The notes under the pieces were generated by a model, which made no database searches, was not told the DNA's origin, and was given only the letters and a program-made list of their open reading frames with translations. The translations under genes were made by a program, and so were the position numbers. A DNA stretch of 64,000 nt from a bacterium. Its GTDB lineage: Bacteria; SAR324; NAC60-12. Of the stretch, positions 1-10,569 are shown piece by piece (position 1 is the first letter of the stretch; each line of letters opens with the position of its first letter). The stretch is taken from positions 96,001-160,000 of the forward strand of contig CBDBHR010000030.1 of the NCBI GenBank assembly GCA_965205865.1. The letters are read 5' to 3'.

Positions 1-225
1 CCTCTCTGCGGTCTGCAGTTGCCGATCCTGGTCGGGGGCGCGGTGATCATGGAGAACATTTTCTACCTGCCGGGGGTCGGGCGTCTCCTGGTGAATGCCC
101 TCAATGAGAGAGACTACCCGATGGTCTCCGGAATCAACCTCTTTTTCGCCACCGGGGTGGTGGGGATCAATCTACTTATCGACCTGGTCTATGCCTTCTT
201 GGACCCCAGGGTGAGGTATGAATAG
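1..225 (+). CDS. Peptide/nickel ABC permease (DppB/OppB-like), C-terminal part, runs in from the window edge
   Basis: LPILVGGAVIMENIFYLPGVGRLLVNALNERDYPMVSGINL...LDPRVRYE; clearly paralogous to the intact permease at 27368-28324. Confidence 0.9.
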   Translation, partial: PLCGLQLPILVGGAVIMENIFYLPGVGRLLVNALNERDYPMVSGINLFFATGVVGINLLIDLVYAFLDPRVRYE

Positions 226-312
226 TCGCTGGCGTTCTGGCCAGGGCTGTACCTGACGATTGTCATCTACAGTCTCAACATGTTCGGTGACGCGATGAGA
301 GACCTGCTGGAT
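226..312 (+). pseudogene. DppC-like permease C-terminal remnant
   Basis: Reads LAFWPGLYLTIVIYSLNMFGDAMRDLLD, matching the end of the DppC at ~11570-11655; the rest of the gene is absent. Confidence 0.8.
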
Positions 313-385
313 CTCTCGTCACCTTCTCTTTACACCCCCATTTTCAAATGGTATCTTCTTACGTCATTTTTGATTTTCTATGGGG
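313..385 (+). promoter_or_regulatory. Repeated sigma70-type promoter module, copy 1
   Basis: TTTACA(329-334)-17 bp-TATCTT(352-357) with TG before the -10; homologous to 5435, 13554 and 18828. Confidence 0.55.
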
Positions 386-557
386 ATGAACAATCGGTGG
401 GAGGCCAGGCGACTCTTTGGCAAGGCAGAGCACATCTCGCCTCATCCCATGCTTTATTTATGAGGCTACTCACCTAAGCTGGGACATCCAATGATTTCAG
501 GGAGTCAGGTTTTTTAACACCGTAAGGATTGACAGCGTCTTTGTCATTCCCGCGAAG

Positions 558-2294
558 CAGGCTGTTGCAGATTTTTTTGCCTGCATAACGGGGCATACAA
601 TCAGTGAGAACGGGGTATGATCCCAATTCTCATCATAATGATGAAATGGTTTTTGATCTTTAAAATTGTTAGAATCATATAAACCTTTGCGTATGAAGCG
701 TAGAGAAAGCGAATCAATCGAATCACCTCAAGGAGGCGATAGAGAATATTGAGGTTGTGAGCAATGGCCATGAGCATAAATTCGCCTTTGACTTGTCTCT
801 GCCCTCGAAATCGAAATGAGGTAAAACCGAGATTGGCCTTCAAGTTGCCGAAGACCGGTTCGACGGTACTCATGCGCGTTTTGAGTCGTTGTTTGGCTTC
901 TGGGGTTTGCAATTTATTGCGCATGGCTTCGGCGTAGGGCTCGCGCTCTTGGCGATGGATCTGTTTGAGTCGCGAGCGATTCTTCGGGGGCAGACACCGC
1001 TGAGCGAGGGGACAATCTTCACAGGATGGGGCCTGATAGGTGCTCCCTTGGGCCTGGCCCCGCTTGAAGTTACGCTGAAAGGAGAGCTGTTGCCCATTGG
1101 GACACTGATAGACATCATTTTTTGCATCGAAGAAAAAATCAGAACGTTCGAGCTTTCGATCGTTTTGCAGTAATTCTTCCAGGGGGGTCGGCTGGAGAGG
1201 GTTGGCTCTATTTTGCGGTTGCGGGTCGGCAATGACGGCATCAATCTGATGCTGCTCGATATAGTTGAGTTGCTCAAAACTATGATAACCGGCATCCATA
1301 TTATAACGACGTTGCCGATCTTCGGGAAGGTGGGTTTCTGCCTGTTGATGCATCGGCGCAAATTGTTGGGTATCGTTGGCTTCGCAGACCACCTCAGCGG
1401 CCACAATCAGATGAGTGGCACGATCGACGGCTGCCTGCACATTATAACCGGGTGTGTTAATCGAGGGCATCATGCGTGCGTCGGCATCGGTCAGATTGAT
1501 CTTATGGCCATCCCGATGTTCGGGTTTGAGGGTTTGCTGACGCGCTTGAAGATCTTGCTGAGATTGGAGAATCGTTGCTTCGAATTGCTCAAGACGGGCT
1601 TTTTCGCCACGAAGGGCGGCTAAGTCTTCTTCATCGCCTTGATGATCTTCAGACTCGCAATTTAGAGGGGAGGCGATCGATTGACGCGTTTTTTCTAAAA
1701 GACGTTCTAATTGTTCTGCATTTTTCGAGCGTTTCTTACTGGCAGAGGTTTTCAGCTTCGAACCGTCAAGGTTTATTTCAGCGAAACCGGAGACCTGCTG
1801 ATCAATGGCCATTTGAATCAATTGCTCAAAATAGAAGGGCAGGCGTTGCAAATGACGACGACGGAACCGGCTCAAGGCACAGTGGTCGGGGGTCAGATGC
1901 GCTGAAACATAGATATAACAAAGATCGCGTTTACAAAGTTTCTCCAAAACACGACTACTCTCAATGCCTTCACTGTAGGCATAAAACCAGGTCGCTAACA
2001 GAATCGCCGGATCATAGGCATCCCCCCCTTGCGATTTGTAGGAGCCATAAAGCGAGGATAAATCCAAGCGGGAAACGAAATCTACCACAAAACGGCATTT
2101 ATCGTTATCCGGGATCAAGTGGTTCAAATCGGTGGTGGATAATTGGAGGGTGGAACGATCATTACTCAGAAAACCCATAATAGAAATCCATTTTTACTAT
2201 GGTTATATGAAAAGTGGACTCAAACCAGATACTAGACTATGAAAAGTGTAGCAAAATCCACCTGGAAAAAGCAAATAAAATCTGCAACAGCCTG
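558..2294 (-). mobile_element. IS1182-family insertion sequence, apparently intact
   Basis: TIR CAGGCTGTTGCAGATTTT at 558-575 and inverted at 2277-2294; 4-bp target duplication GAAG at 554-557 and 2295-2298. Confidence 0.9.
601..2178 (-). CDS. IS1182-family DDE transposase
   Basis: YDPAILL..WFYAY/PDHCALSRFR N-terminal domain, LDGSK, DAGY, CP..C..C zinc motif, R..TVEPVFG..K. Confidence 0.92.
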   Translation of the reverse strand: MGFLSNDRSTLQLSTTDLNHLIPDNDKCRFVVDFVSRLDLSSLYGSYKSQGGDAYDPAILLATWFYAYSEGIESSRVLEKLCKRDLCYIYVSAHLTPDHCALSRFRRRHLQRLPFYFEQLIQMAIDQQVSGFAEINLDGSKLKTSASKKRSKNAEQLERLLEKTRQSIASPLNCESEDHQGDEEDLAALRGEKARLEQFEATILQSQQDLQARQQTLKPEHRDGHKINLTDADARMMPSINTPGYNVQAAVDRATHLIVAAEVVCEANDTQQFAPMHQQAETHLPEDRQRRYNMDAGYHSFEQLNYIEQHQIDAVIADPQPQNRANPLQPTPLEELLQNDRKLERSDFFFDAKNDVYQCPNGQQLSFQRNFKRGQAQGSTYQAPSCEDCPLAQRCLPPKNRSRLKQIHRQEREPYAEAMRNKLQTPEAKQRLKTRMSTVEPVFGNLKANLGFTSFRFRGQRQVKGEFMLMAIAHNLNILYRLLEVIRLIRFLYASYAKVYMILTILKIKNHFIIMMRIGIIPRSH

Positions 2295-2448
2295 GAAGGC
2301 GAGAATCCAGGGGATTGAAACGAACCCTGGATTCCTGATCAAGCCAGGAATGACAACGCTCGCGGTTGTCGCTAGTTCATGATTTTAACATTTTGTCCCA
2401 CTTTTGGCAGATAGTCATTTATCACACTCTCAAACAGGCCATTCACCA

Positions 2449-3822
2449 ATGAAAACAAACAAAAAGAAAGTCAAAGACATCATCGGATTGATTGACCATT
2501 GGGTGGATTACCAAACCTATATCAAAGAAATTCCCAGTGTGGCTGTTGGCATTTTTATGGAAGATGAGACCCTTTTCCAAAAAGCCTATGGTTATGCCAA
2601 TTTGGAAACCCAAACCAAAGCCACCCCCTCGACTTTATATCGAATTGCTTCTCGCTCCAAATTATTCACGGCCACCGCGATTATGAAGTTGTATTCGGAG
2701 GATAAATTGTCTCTGGATGATCGCGTCTCTCAACACTTGGAATGGTTCCAATCCCCCCATGATGAACAAATGGAGCATATTCGCATCAGGCATTTATTAA
2801 CGCATTCCAGCGGGATCACGCGGGACAGTGATTATGGGCATTGGATCACCCAGCAATTCCCCAGCTTTGATGAAATGAAAGCAATGATTCAAAAGGGGAT
2901 CACGGTTTTTGGCATCAATGAACATTACAAATATTCCAACATCGGATTCACCATTCTTGGCATGATTGTCAGCAAAGTCAGTGGTCAATCGTACGAAGAC
3001 TATATTTTAGCATTGGTCCATTCCCTCGAGATGGAACACACTTACCCCGACCTTTCAGAAGAAAATCTTCCACAGCATGCCACCGGGTATGGCCTGAAAT
3101 TCCCCAATGAACCCAGGCCAGTGTTTAAGCATACCTCGGCCAATAGTATGAATAGCGCCACAGGACTGAGTAGCAATGTGGAAGATTTGATCAAATTTTA
3201 TCAAGCCCACATGTTTGGCAATGATCGCTTATTTCCTGATCTGTACAAACGTGAAATGCAGCGAGTGCAATTTCAAGATAGAGATTTTCAAAGGGGACTT
3301 GGGTTTACGATCAATAAAATGGGACAACTCTCCTATGTCTTTCATGGAGGGGGTTATCCGGGGTTTGCGACTTTCTCGGGATTGAATCAAGAGCACAAAT
3401 TGATCCTTGTCGTTTTAGTGAATGCCATCAATGGCCCCGCACAAATGCTTTTTACCGGGATCTCTGATTTGATCCATCATGCCCTTACCCATTATGAGGA
3501 TTACGGATCAAAATCCAAAGCAACTCAGGAATTGATGAAATCGATAGATTTTTCAGAAATCCAGGGATTTTATTCTTCTGTCTGGGGAGTTTCATTGTCT
3601 CATAAAGTTCGGGATTCCATTGTGAGCAGCGAACCCGGTTCTGACAATCCTGCTGGGACCTTACAAATCTGTCAGCATGAAAGAGATCTCGCATTCAAGT
3701 TTCCCACAACTAACCCAGATGAATCGCCAGGAGAAATCCTCAAATTTGAAAAGAATGAGGAGGGTGATTATCAAATCAACTACTGTGGGGCAATTTGGAA
3801 AAAATTTGAATTCCCATACTAA
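2449..3822 (+). CDS. Serine hydrolase, class C beta-lactamase/AmpC-like fold
   Basis: SxxK (ASRSK), LLTHSSG, YSN and HGG motifs; no obvious signal peptide. Confidence 0.85.
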   Translation: MKTNKKKVKDIIGLIDHWVDYQTYIKEIPSVAVGIFMEDETLFQKAYGYANLETQTKATPSTLYRIASRSKLFTATAIMKLYSEDKLSLDDRVSQHLEWFQSPHDEQMEHIRIRHLLTHSSGITRDSDYGHWITQQFPSFDEMKAMIQKGITVFGINEHYKYSNIGFTILGMIVSKVSGQSYEDYILALVHSLEMEHTYPDLSEENLPQHATGYGLKFPNEPRPVFKHTSANSMNSATGLSSNVEDLIKFYQAHMFGNDRLFPDLYKREMQRVQFQDRDFQRGLGFTINKMGQLSYVFHGGGYPGFATFSGLNQEHKLILVVLVNAINGPAQMLFTGISDLIHHALTHYEDYGSKSKATQELMKSIDFSEIQGFYSSVWGVSLSHKVRDSIVSSEPGSDNPAGTLQICQHERDLAFKFPTTNPDESPGEILKFEKNEEGDYQINYCGAIWKKFEFPY

Positions 3823-3842
3823 ACATAAAAGAAGAGGTATTG

Positions 3843-4619
3843 ATGGCAGGAGTTAAAAACAGGGTGGCTTTAGTGACTGGAGCTGGAAGTGCGCATGGTA
3901 TCGGTTATGCCACTGCTATTTTACTGAGAGCTGCTGGCGCCAAAGTAGCCATCACATCAACGACAGAAAGAATATATCAAAGGTTGGAGGAAATGGGCGG
4001 GAGCGCGGAAGACACCTGCGCCATAACCGCCGATCTCACCGACACCAAATCAGTCATTTCATTAATTGAACAGGTTGAAGGGGCTTTAGGTCCGATTGAT
4101 ATTGTGATCAACAATGCAGGGATGGTGCAAACTGGCAGGGAATTACCCCGTTTATTGCTTCATGAAACAAGCGATGATCGCTGGCGGTACGGAATCGATA
4201 TCAATCTCACCAGCGCATTTCTGGTAACCCGAGGGGTTCTTCCGGGCATGATGGCGCGTCAGTATGGCCGTATTGTACAAGTGTCCTCGGTCACTGGGCC
4301 TCTGGTTGGTATTTCAGGCAGCACGGTCTATGGGACAGCAAAGGCAGGCATGCTTGGCATGACTCGATCACTGGCTGTTGAAATCGGCAGTTACAACATC
4401 ACGGTAAACTGTGTGGGGCCGGGTTGGATTCAGACATCATCCAGCAGTGAAAGTGAGATTACTGCTGGAAAATATACACCGGTTGGTCGCCCGGGCACAC
4501 CCAATGAGGTTGGTCATGTCGCTGTCTTCCTTGCTGGCGAAGAGGCAAGTTATGTGAGCGGTCAGCTGATCGTTGTTGATGGTGGCAATACGGTACAAGA
4601 ATATAAAGTTGCCTTGTAG
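3843..4619 (+). CDS. Short-chain dehydrogenase/reductase (FabG-like)
   Basis: TGAGSAHGIG, NNAG, YGTAK (YxxxK). Confidence 0.9.
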   Translation: MAGVKNRVALVTGAGSAHGIGYATAILLRAAGAKVAITSTTERIYQRLEEMGGSAEDTCAITADLTDTKSVISLIEQVEGALGPIDIVINNAGMVQTGRELPRLLLHETSDDRWRYGIDINLTSAFLVTRGVLPGMMARQYGRIVQVSSVTGPLVGISGSTVYGTAKAGMLGMTRSLAVEIGSYNITVNCVGPGWIQTSSSSESEITAGKYTPVGRPGTPNEVGHVAVFLAGEEASYVSGQLIVVDGGNTVQEYKVAL

Positions 4620-4707
4620 TTAATGTCAAGTGGAAAGGTGGGCTCCAAATAACCTTGATAGCCGGCCATTGCTAATGTGGCTAATTCCTGAAAAATGAGG
4701 GATATCT

Positions 4708-5392
4708 ATGGATTACATTCAGTTTGGCTCGACCGGTCTCAAGGTAATTGGACACCGATCACATAGACCTCTACCTCGCTCACCACCCGGACCCTGCAAC
4801 ACCGCTTGAAGAGACGGTGACTACCTTCGATCACTTGGTCAAGGCCGGTAAGATCCGCTACTACGGATTCTACAATTTCAAGGCCTGGCAGGCCACCAGA
4901 GCGTTATGGGTGGCTGATCGTAGCAGGCTTGAGCCGGCGGTTTGTCTGCAAGCCCCCTACAATCTAATCGACCGGAGGTTGGAAGAGGAGGTGTTCGGTC
5001 TCGTGAGGGACCAGGGACTTGCCTTTATGGCGTATAGTCCTCTGGCAAGGGGACTCCTGACGGGGGTCTACTCACCCGAAGAACCCCCTCCGGGAGACAG
5101 GCTATGGGGTTCAAAATGGAGGCATCGGTTCGAGGGGCAACTGCAGGGCCGTCCTGGTCTCATACTGGCGACGATACGCGAAATCGCGGCCGAACAGGGA
5201 AAAACGCCTGCCCAGGTAGCGCTGGCATGGGTGCTTGCTCGTCCTGAGGTCACTGTAGCGATCCTCGGTTGTGACGATACGAACCAGCTCGACGAGAATC
5301 TAGGCGCGCTGGGCTGGAATCTGAGTGAGGATCAATTGGACCGGCTGAATCGCCTCTCCGAACCCGCAAAGCAAACTAGGATATACGATTGA
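4708..5392 (+). pseudogene. Aldo/keto reductase with internal deletion
   Basis: RBS + MDYIQFGSTGLKV joined out of frame to LDTDHIDLYLAH...YSPLARG...AQVALAW; the N-terminal catalytic segment is missing. Confidence 0.85.
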
Positions 5393-5434
5393 AAACGGGA
5401 CCGTTAAATGATGAAGCCAAAAAATCAAAAAATG

Positions 5435-5507
5435 CTCTCGTCACTTTCTCTTGATAGCCCCATTTTCAAAGGTTATTCTCTTGCGTCATTTTTGATTTTC
5501 CCATGGG
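5435..5507 (+). promoter_or_regulatory. Repeated sigma70-type promoter module, copy 2
   Basis: TTGATA(5451-5456)-17 bp-TATTCT(5474-5479). Confidence 0.55.
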
Positions 5508-5692
5508 ACCATTATGATAATTGCTGATGCTGAAATTCTCGAAGCGAATCCAATGTTCCTCATTGTTCTTTATTTCCGCTTTTGCTATAGTGCTCCCTTG
5601 ATACTACGTGAGAAACGAGGTAGGCGATGACAGCAGCCCTACAACAAACATTCAAAAGGCACTCGTGAAAAGAATAGCAAGGGGGTGAAACT

Positions 5693-6292
5693 ATGCCGGG
5701 AAGACAAAGACCATCCGATTTTAAAGAGCTTCAATTTAAATCATTGCTGGAGGTAGCAGCCTTCCTGCAAAACCGGGACATTTCTTCAGTCGAACTGACC
5801 CAATCTCTCCTCAAGCGCATTGAATCCCTGGATGGGAGGCTGAAAAGTTATGCCACGGTGATGGCCGACCAGGCCCTGGCTGCAGCGGAGCTGGCAGATC
5901 AGGAGCTGGCGGAGAAGAAGTATCGAGGTCCTTTACATGGGATCCCTATCGCGGTGAAAGATCTGTGTTTTACGAAGGGGATCCGAACGATGGGGGGAAC
6001 GGCGGTACTGGCCGATCATATTCCCAATGAGGATGCGACTGTCGTGACACGGCTGGCAGAAGCAGGGGCTGTTTTGCTGGGCAAGCTCAATCTGACGGAA
6101 GGAGCCATGGGGGGCTATCATCCTCACTTTGAGACTCCCTTGAATCCCTGGAATCCGGGCGTGGGGTCGTGGGCTTGAAGCTAACCTGGGGTTGGACACC
6201 CGCTCAGTGAACCTCTCCTTTGCCAGGTCGGCCATGCCTACGAGCAGGCGACGGAATGGCATACCCTGCGACCGAATTTAGAAGAGGGATAG
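5693..6292 (+). pseudogene. Amidase pseudogene
   Basis: Copy of 13812-15242 lacking ~112 bp (GGSS-type signature region) and ~720 bp. Confidence 0.92.
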
Positions 6293-6528
6293 GCATTGTC
6301 TTTTCCAAATAGGCCTTGACCACTTCTGAGGTATTAACTTCTTCGATACCGCCGATATCTACGCGCATGAACAGTATGGGGTCTCTGAGGAAACCCTGGG
6401 ACGCTGGTTTGCCCAGGAATCGCCTGGTCTCAAATCCACCCTTTTCAAACCAGCACAGAAGAAAAGCGCTAAAAAATTCAGGAGGACCTTCCTCTATCCT
6501 GTCTGAAGAGATTTCAGTCCGTGGCAAG

Positions 6529-6699
6529 CTAAGCGGCCAATTTACGTTGTCTACGCCTTAACTCGACCATTCGGTAGAAATTATAGGCGATAACTTTATC
6601 CATGAGTTCCGCTCGCGCATTTTCTATTCCCCGGCGCATCACCTCCCCAAAGTCAAATCCATGCTTGATGGTAAACATTAAGGATTCGACAGCTGAACG
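6529..6699 (-). pseudogene. DDE transposase C-terminal fragment (IS5/ISNCY-like)
   Basis: RSAVESLMFTIKHGFDFGEVMRRGIE/(frameshift)ARAELMDKVIAYNFYRM...*; RxxxE and A-Y-N motifs. Confidence 0.65.
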
Positions 6700-6704
6700 A
6701 CCAT

Positions 6705-7128
6705 TTCCGGAATTTTGATAAAGCGGACTATTGTATTCTTCTTCAGAAATTGAATGTTTCTTCTCTTGTCCCCTGGATCTTGCCCACTTGAGCAGCGCGG
6801 CAAGATAGGTGGAGCGAAACCCGGTTCGTGCTGGAATCTGCCGCTACGCCAAAGATTTTCCCTGGTCTAGCGCCCGATTTCATCTGGGGATGATTGATAG
6901 AGCTCCCTTGGTTCAACAAAGTCAATGGTTTGGGAGTTCTGACGATTGGAAGGAGTCTCAATGAGGAGTCTCATGATTTAGAATGATTTCGAGCGCATTT
7001 TCGGACGGGTCGACCCTTAGGAGATGACCGTTTTTTGAGAAAGGCGGAAGCCATGAGCAAACGAGAATGGAGACCCAAGAAACCAGGGAGACCTAAAAAA
7101 GATAGAAATTAGTAACTGTCCCCGGATT
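6705..7128 (+). pseudogene. REP-associated tyrosine (Y1/RAYT) transposase relic
   Basis: ERNPVRAGICRYAKDFPWSSARFH and RTGRPLGDDRFL...PKKPGRPKK*; ends in ACTGTCCCCGGATTT, whose reverse complement recurs at ~30729-30743. Confidence 0.75.
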
Positions 7129-8298
7129 TTATCTCCAGGGCCAGTGGTCGGGTATCAGTTGGAGGAGAAAATTATCAACCGGCCAACACGAAATTCCATC
7201 TACCAACAGCTTTTCGGTTCCTCGATAGAGCAATATCGTGTTTGCCTCAGGATAATCATCTTGAAACACTTTGAGTGATCTCAAGGTTTTTGGGTGGATC
7301 TGTTTGGAATTTTTAACCTCCATCGCATAGAAATGGTGGTTCCCATATAATACAATATCAACCTCTGACCCTCCCCGCGACCGCCAAAAATAACAATTTA
7401 CATTACCATCAGAATAATCGCACCAAGATTTTAAATGTTGTAAAACCAAACCCTCCAAGGCCATACCCCCTATTTCGTCTGGGCTGTCAATGGGCCCTTT
7501 GGGACGCAAATGGTTGTAAACACCGGCATCAAACAGATAAAATTTCGGTTGCGCTGTCATGGCGCGTCTGGCTCGTTTTGAAAAGACCGGTAGCTTATAT
7601 CCCAATAGTAGATCTTCAAGAATCGATAGATAATTCTCAACAATTTTTCGGGATACCTGGCAATCTCTGGCAATATTGCTGAGGTTTAAAACACTGCCGT
7701 GTGAAAAACTAATTACTTCCAGAAAGCGAGCAAAGGTCCCGATATCTCTGACTAACGCCTCTTCCTTGACTTCTTCCTTCAAATAAAGAGAGATGTAAGT
7801 AGCCAGCGTCTTATCAGGTTCACTTGCCGAAACAATCAACGGAATCAACCCATTTCTGAGTACCGCATCAAGTGAAAAATCGGCACCCATTTCGGAAGCT
7901 ATAAATGGATGGAAGCGGGTTAATAAGGCGCGGCCGGCTAATAGATTGACGCCCCCACGGCGCAATTTTCGAGTACTCGAACCGGTCAGAATAAACTGAT
8001 GGGATTTGTGCTCCTCAATCAAACTGTGGATGCTGTCCAGCATCGCAGGCACTTTTTGAACTTCATCAACAATGTAACGTTTTATTTGCGGGTTTGCGGT
8101 GACGATTTGTTTGATTCGCTCCGGGTAGGCAACGTGGTTTCTAAAAGTACTGTCGTCCAACAAGTCTATGAAATACGCGTCCGGAAAAGTTTTTTTTAGC
8201 CAGGTTGACTTTCCTGTACCTCTTGGACCAAATATAAAGAAGCTGTCAACAGGAGCGTTAAAAAATCTTTTGAAATATCTGTCCATTATATACACCAT
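7129..8298 (-). CDS. AAA+ ATPase (AAA_14 + DUF4143 type) with C-terminal PD-(D/E)xK-like domain
   Basis: GPRGTGKS, IVDEVQK, LTGSS, K.YLFDAG, EVD...EVK. Confidence 0.88.
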   Translation of the reverse strand: MVYIMDRYFKRFFNAPVDSFFIFGPRGTGKSTWLKKTFPDAYFIDLLDDSTFRNHVAYPERIKQIVTANPQIKRYIVDEVQKVPAMLDSIHSLIEEHKSHQFILTGSSTRKLRRGGVNLLAGRALLTRFHPFIASEMGADFSLDAVLRNGLIPLIVSASEPDKTLATYISLYLKEEVKEEALVRDIGTFARFLEVISFSHGSVLNLSNIARDCQVSRKIVENYLSILEDLLLGYKLPVFSKRARRAMTAQPKFYLFDAGVYNHLRPKGPIDSPDEIGGMALEGLVLQHLKSWCDYSDGNVNCYFWRSRGGSEVDIVLYGNHHFYAMEVKNSKQIHPKTLRSLKVFQDDYPEANTILLYRGTEKLLVDGISCWPVDNFLLQLIPDHWPWR

Positions 8299-8693
8299 TC
8301 TCTCACAAATTTTAACTGAATAAGTAAATATTGAGTATCAATTTTACCATTTCAGGTAAAAAAATCAAGCTATTTTAGAATATTTGATATAGAAGCTTTG
8401 ATCAAGAACGTGTCGCCAAGCGAGAATGAGCAGATGTAGCAATACGGCTATGATGGCGCGTTTACTACCCACACGACTAAGCAAAGATTTATTTTTTTTT
8501 GAAAATTTAGTCTTATCAGGAGAAGCCTATGGTGAAATCACGTCAGCAGAAAATACATTTTTATTCCTTCAACTTAAATAACAAGAAAGGCAAAATTATG
8601 GAGATGACCCAAAATAATAGAAGCCATGATAGGGGGACGAAATCACTTTCGAAATCCCTGTTTAATTCAATCGTATTTGGAAAGGAAATTATC

Positions 8694-10475
8694 ATGAAAA
8701 AGATGAATAATCATAAAAGCAAATCAACCTTCAGTGCAATCCTGCTGTCCCTCATCCTGATGGTGGCTGCCCTCGGGGTGGGTTTGGCCATTGCGGCTGA
8801 GAAAAAGATGGTCAAAGACCCCACAACCGGCGAGATGGTGAGTGCGCCGGAATACGGCGGGACATTGACCTTTCAACAGGGGGGTTTAATCTAAATTGTG
8901 ACCCCTATTTCGGCTATCCAGGCCCAACCGACGGCGTCGGAGAGAAGCTCGGTATCGTGAACTGGGGAGTAGATCGAGACGTATGGGACCTGAAAACGCT
9001 CTTCACGCCCCCCACATACATGAAAGGGAGGCTTGGCGGAGAGCTGGGAAATCTCCCCGGACGGTCTCACCTATACCTTCCACATCCGCAAGGGCGTTCG
9101 CTGGCATGATAAAGCGCCGATGAACGGCCGTCCATTGGCTGCAAAGGATGTCGAGTATAACTTTCACCGTATATTAGGTTGGGGAAAGTTCATAGACGCC
9201 GGACCGACCGCCTTTGGTGGTGCTGACCCACTCAACGTCATCCCCTTCGAATCGATCACGGCCACCGACGATTCGACGGTTGTGATGAAGCTGACGGAGC
9301 CACGCCTCGACGCGCCGCGGGTTTTGCTCCTCGACCAATTTACGACCATAATGCCCCCCGAGGTGATCGAGCAACATGGCGACGTAAAGGATTGGAGGAA
9401 CCTGGTTAGCACCGGGCCCTTTATGCTGACGGACGTGGTCGAGGGGAGCAGCATAACCTATACCAAGAATCCCGACTACTGGGGCTATGACGAAAAGTAC
9501 CCCGAGAAACGCTTGCCCTACGTTGACGAGTTAAGGGGAACGGTTATTACAGAAGACGCCTCAATTCTGGCGGCACTACGCTCAGGCAAGATTGATTTCA
9601 GAACGTGGAGTACTTCTGTAGACTCGGCAGAAAGCATGCGGAAGACAAACCCCGAGATCGCGGTGCACACGATATGGTTTCGGTCCAGTGATTCTTTTGC
9701 TCCTGACCATCGCAGGCCGCCCTTCAACGACATCAACGTGCGCCGCGCCATGCAGATGGCGCTGGACAACGAGAACATCGCGGCGACTTACTGGAAGGGT
9801 TTTGCAGACCCGACACCTGCGGGGATGGTAGGGGTGGACGGGTACTACATCCCCTTCGAGCAGTGGGACGAAGAGGTCAATCAATACTACCTGTATGATC
9901 CGGAAGCTACCGAGGAGCTTCTGGATAAGGCTGGCTATCCGCGCGGCGCCGACGGCACGAGATTCAAGACCACCCTGAACTACGGGTCTTGGGCAACCTT
10001 GGACTTTGCATAAATTGCTGCCGCCTATTGGTCTGAGATTGGCGTCGAGGTCGAGATTGATGCACTGACCTGTGCCGAATATCACGAGAGGCTATTCGGG
10101 CGTACCGGGGAAGGCATGTACAGTGCCATTTCGGGCAAAAAATTCGATCCTATCATGGTGGTAGGTTGGTATCACTCGGATTCACAGTGGAACCGCGGCG
10201 GATCCCAGTGGCCTGAGTTGGACGCCATGGTCTGAGCCGCCCTGAGCGCTCGTACGCCCGAGGAGGCGCAGGGGCTGATTGCCGAGACAGACGAGTACGC
10301 GATATCGCGGCACTGGCTGATATGGGGTCCCATGTCCCCAATATTCTACTACGCCCAGCCGTGGGTTGTCGGCTACAACGGTGAACTCGACAACGGCTTA
10401 GGGTGGGGGAAAGATGCAACACTGTTCGCCCGCCTCTGGATCGATAGTGCGCTGAAGAAAGAAATGGGGCACTAG
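8694..10475 (+). pseudogene. Family 5 ABC substrate-binding protein (DppA-like), disrupted
   Basis: Signal peptide + KDPTTGEMVSAPEYGGTLT, LAESWE, GPF; reading frame broken at ~8890, in-frame stops at ~10011 and ~10234; ends LWIDSALKKEMGH*. Confidence 0.88.
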
Positions 10476-10569
10476 CGGGTTTCAAGCTGGGGGCCCCAAG
10501 GCCCCCGCATTGCTTCCGAGCCCCGCTTTAGAGCGCCTTCCCAATCACATCCACCACTCCGAATTTGTC

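Larger units (their letters stand above)
541..2356. repeat. REP-like palindrome split by the IS1182
   Basis: Removing the IS and one GAAG gives TTGTCATTCCCGCGAAGGCGAGAATCCAGGG...CCCTGGATTCCTGATCAAGCCAGGAATGACAA. Confidence 0.75.
5435..6417 (+). repeat. Segmental duplicate of 13554-15365 with two internal deletions
   Basis: Near-identical leader, amidase 5' end, amidase 3' end and start of the AKR remnant. Confidence 0.95.

Noticed and set aside
2449-3822. Beta-lactam resistance gene
   Set aside because: Only the general serine-hydrolase motifs, no signal peptide, and a catabolic context; esterase or peptidase is equally likely
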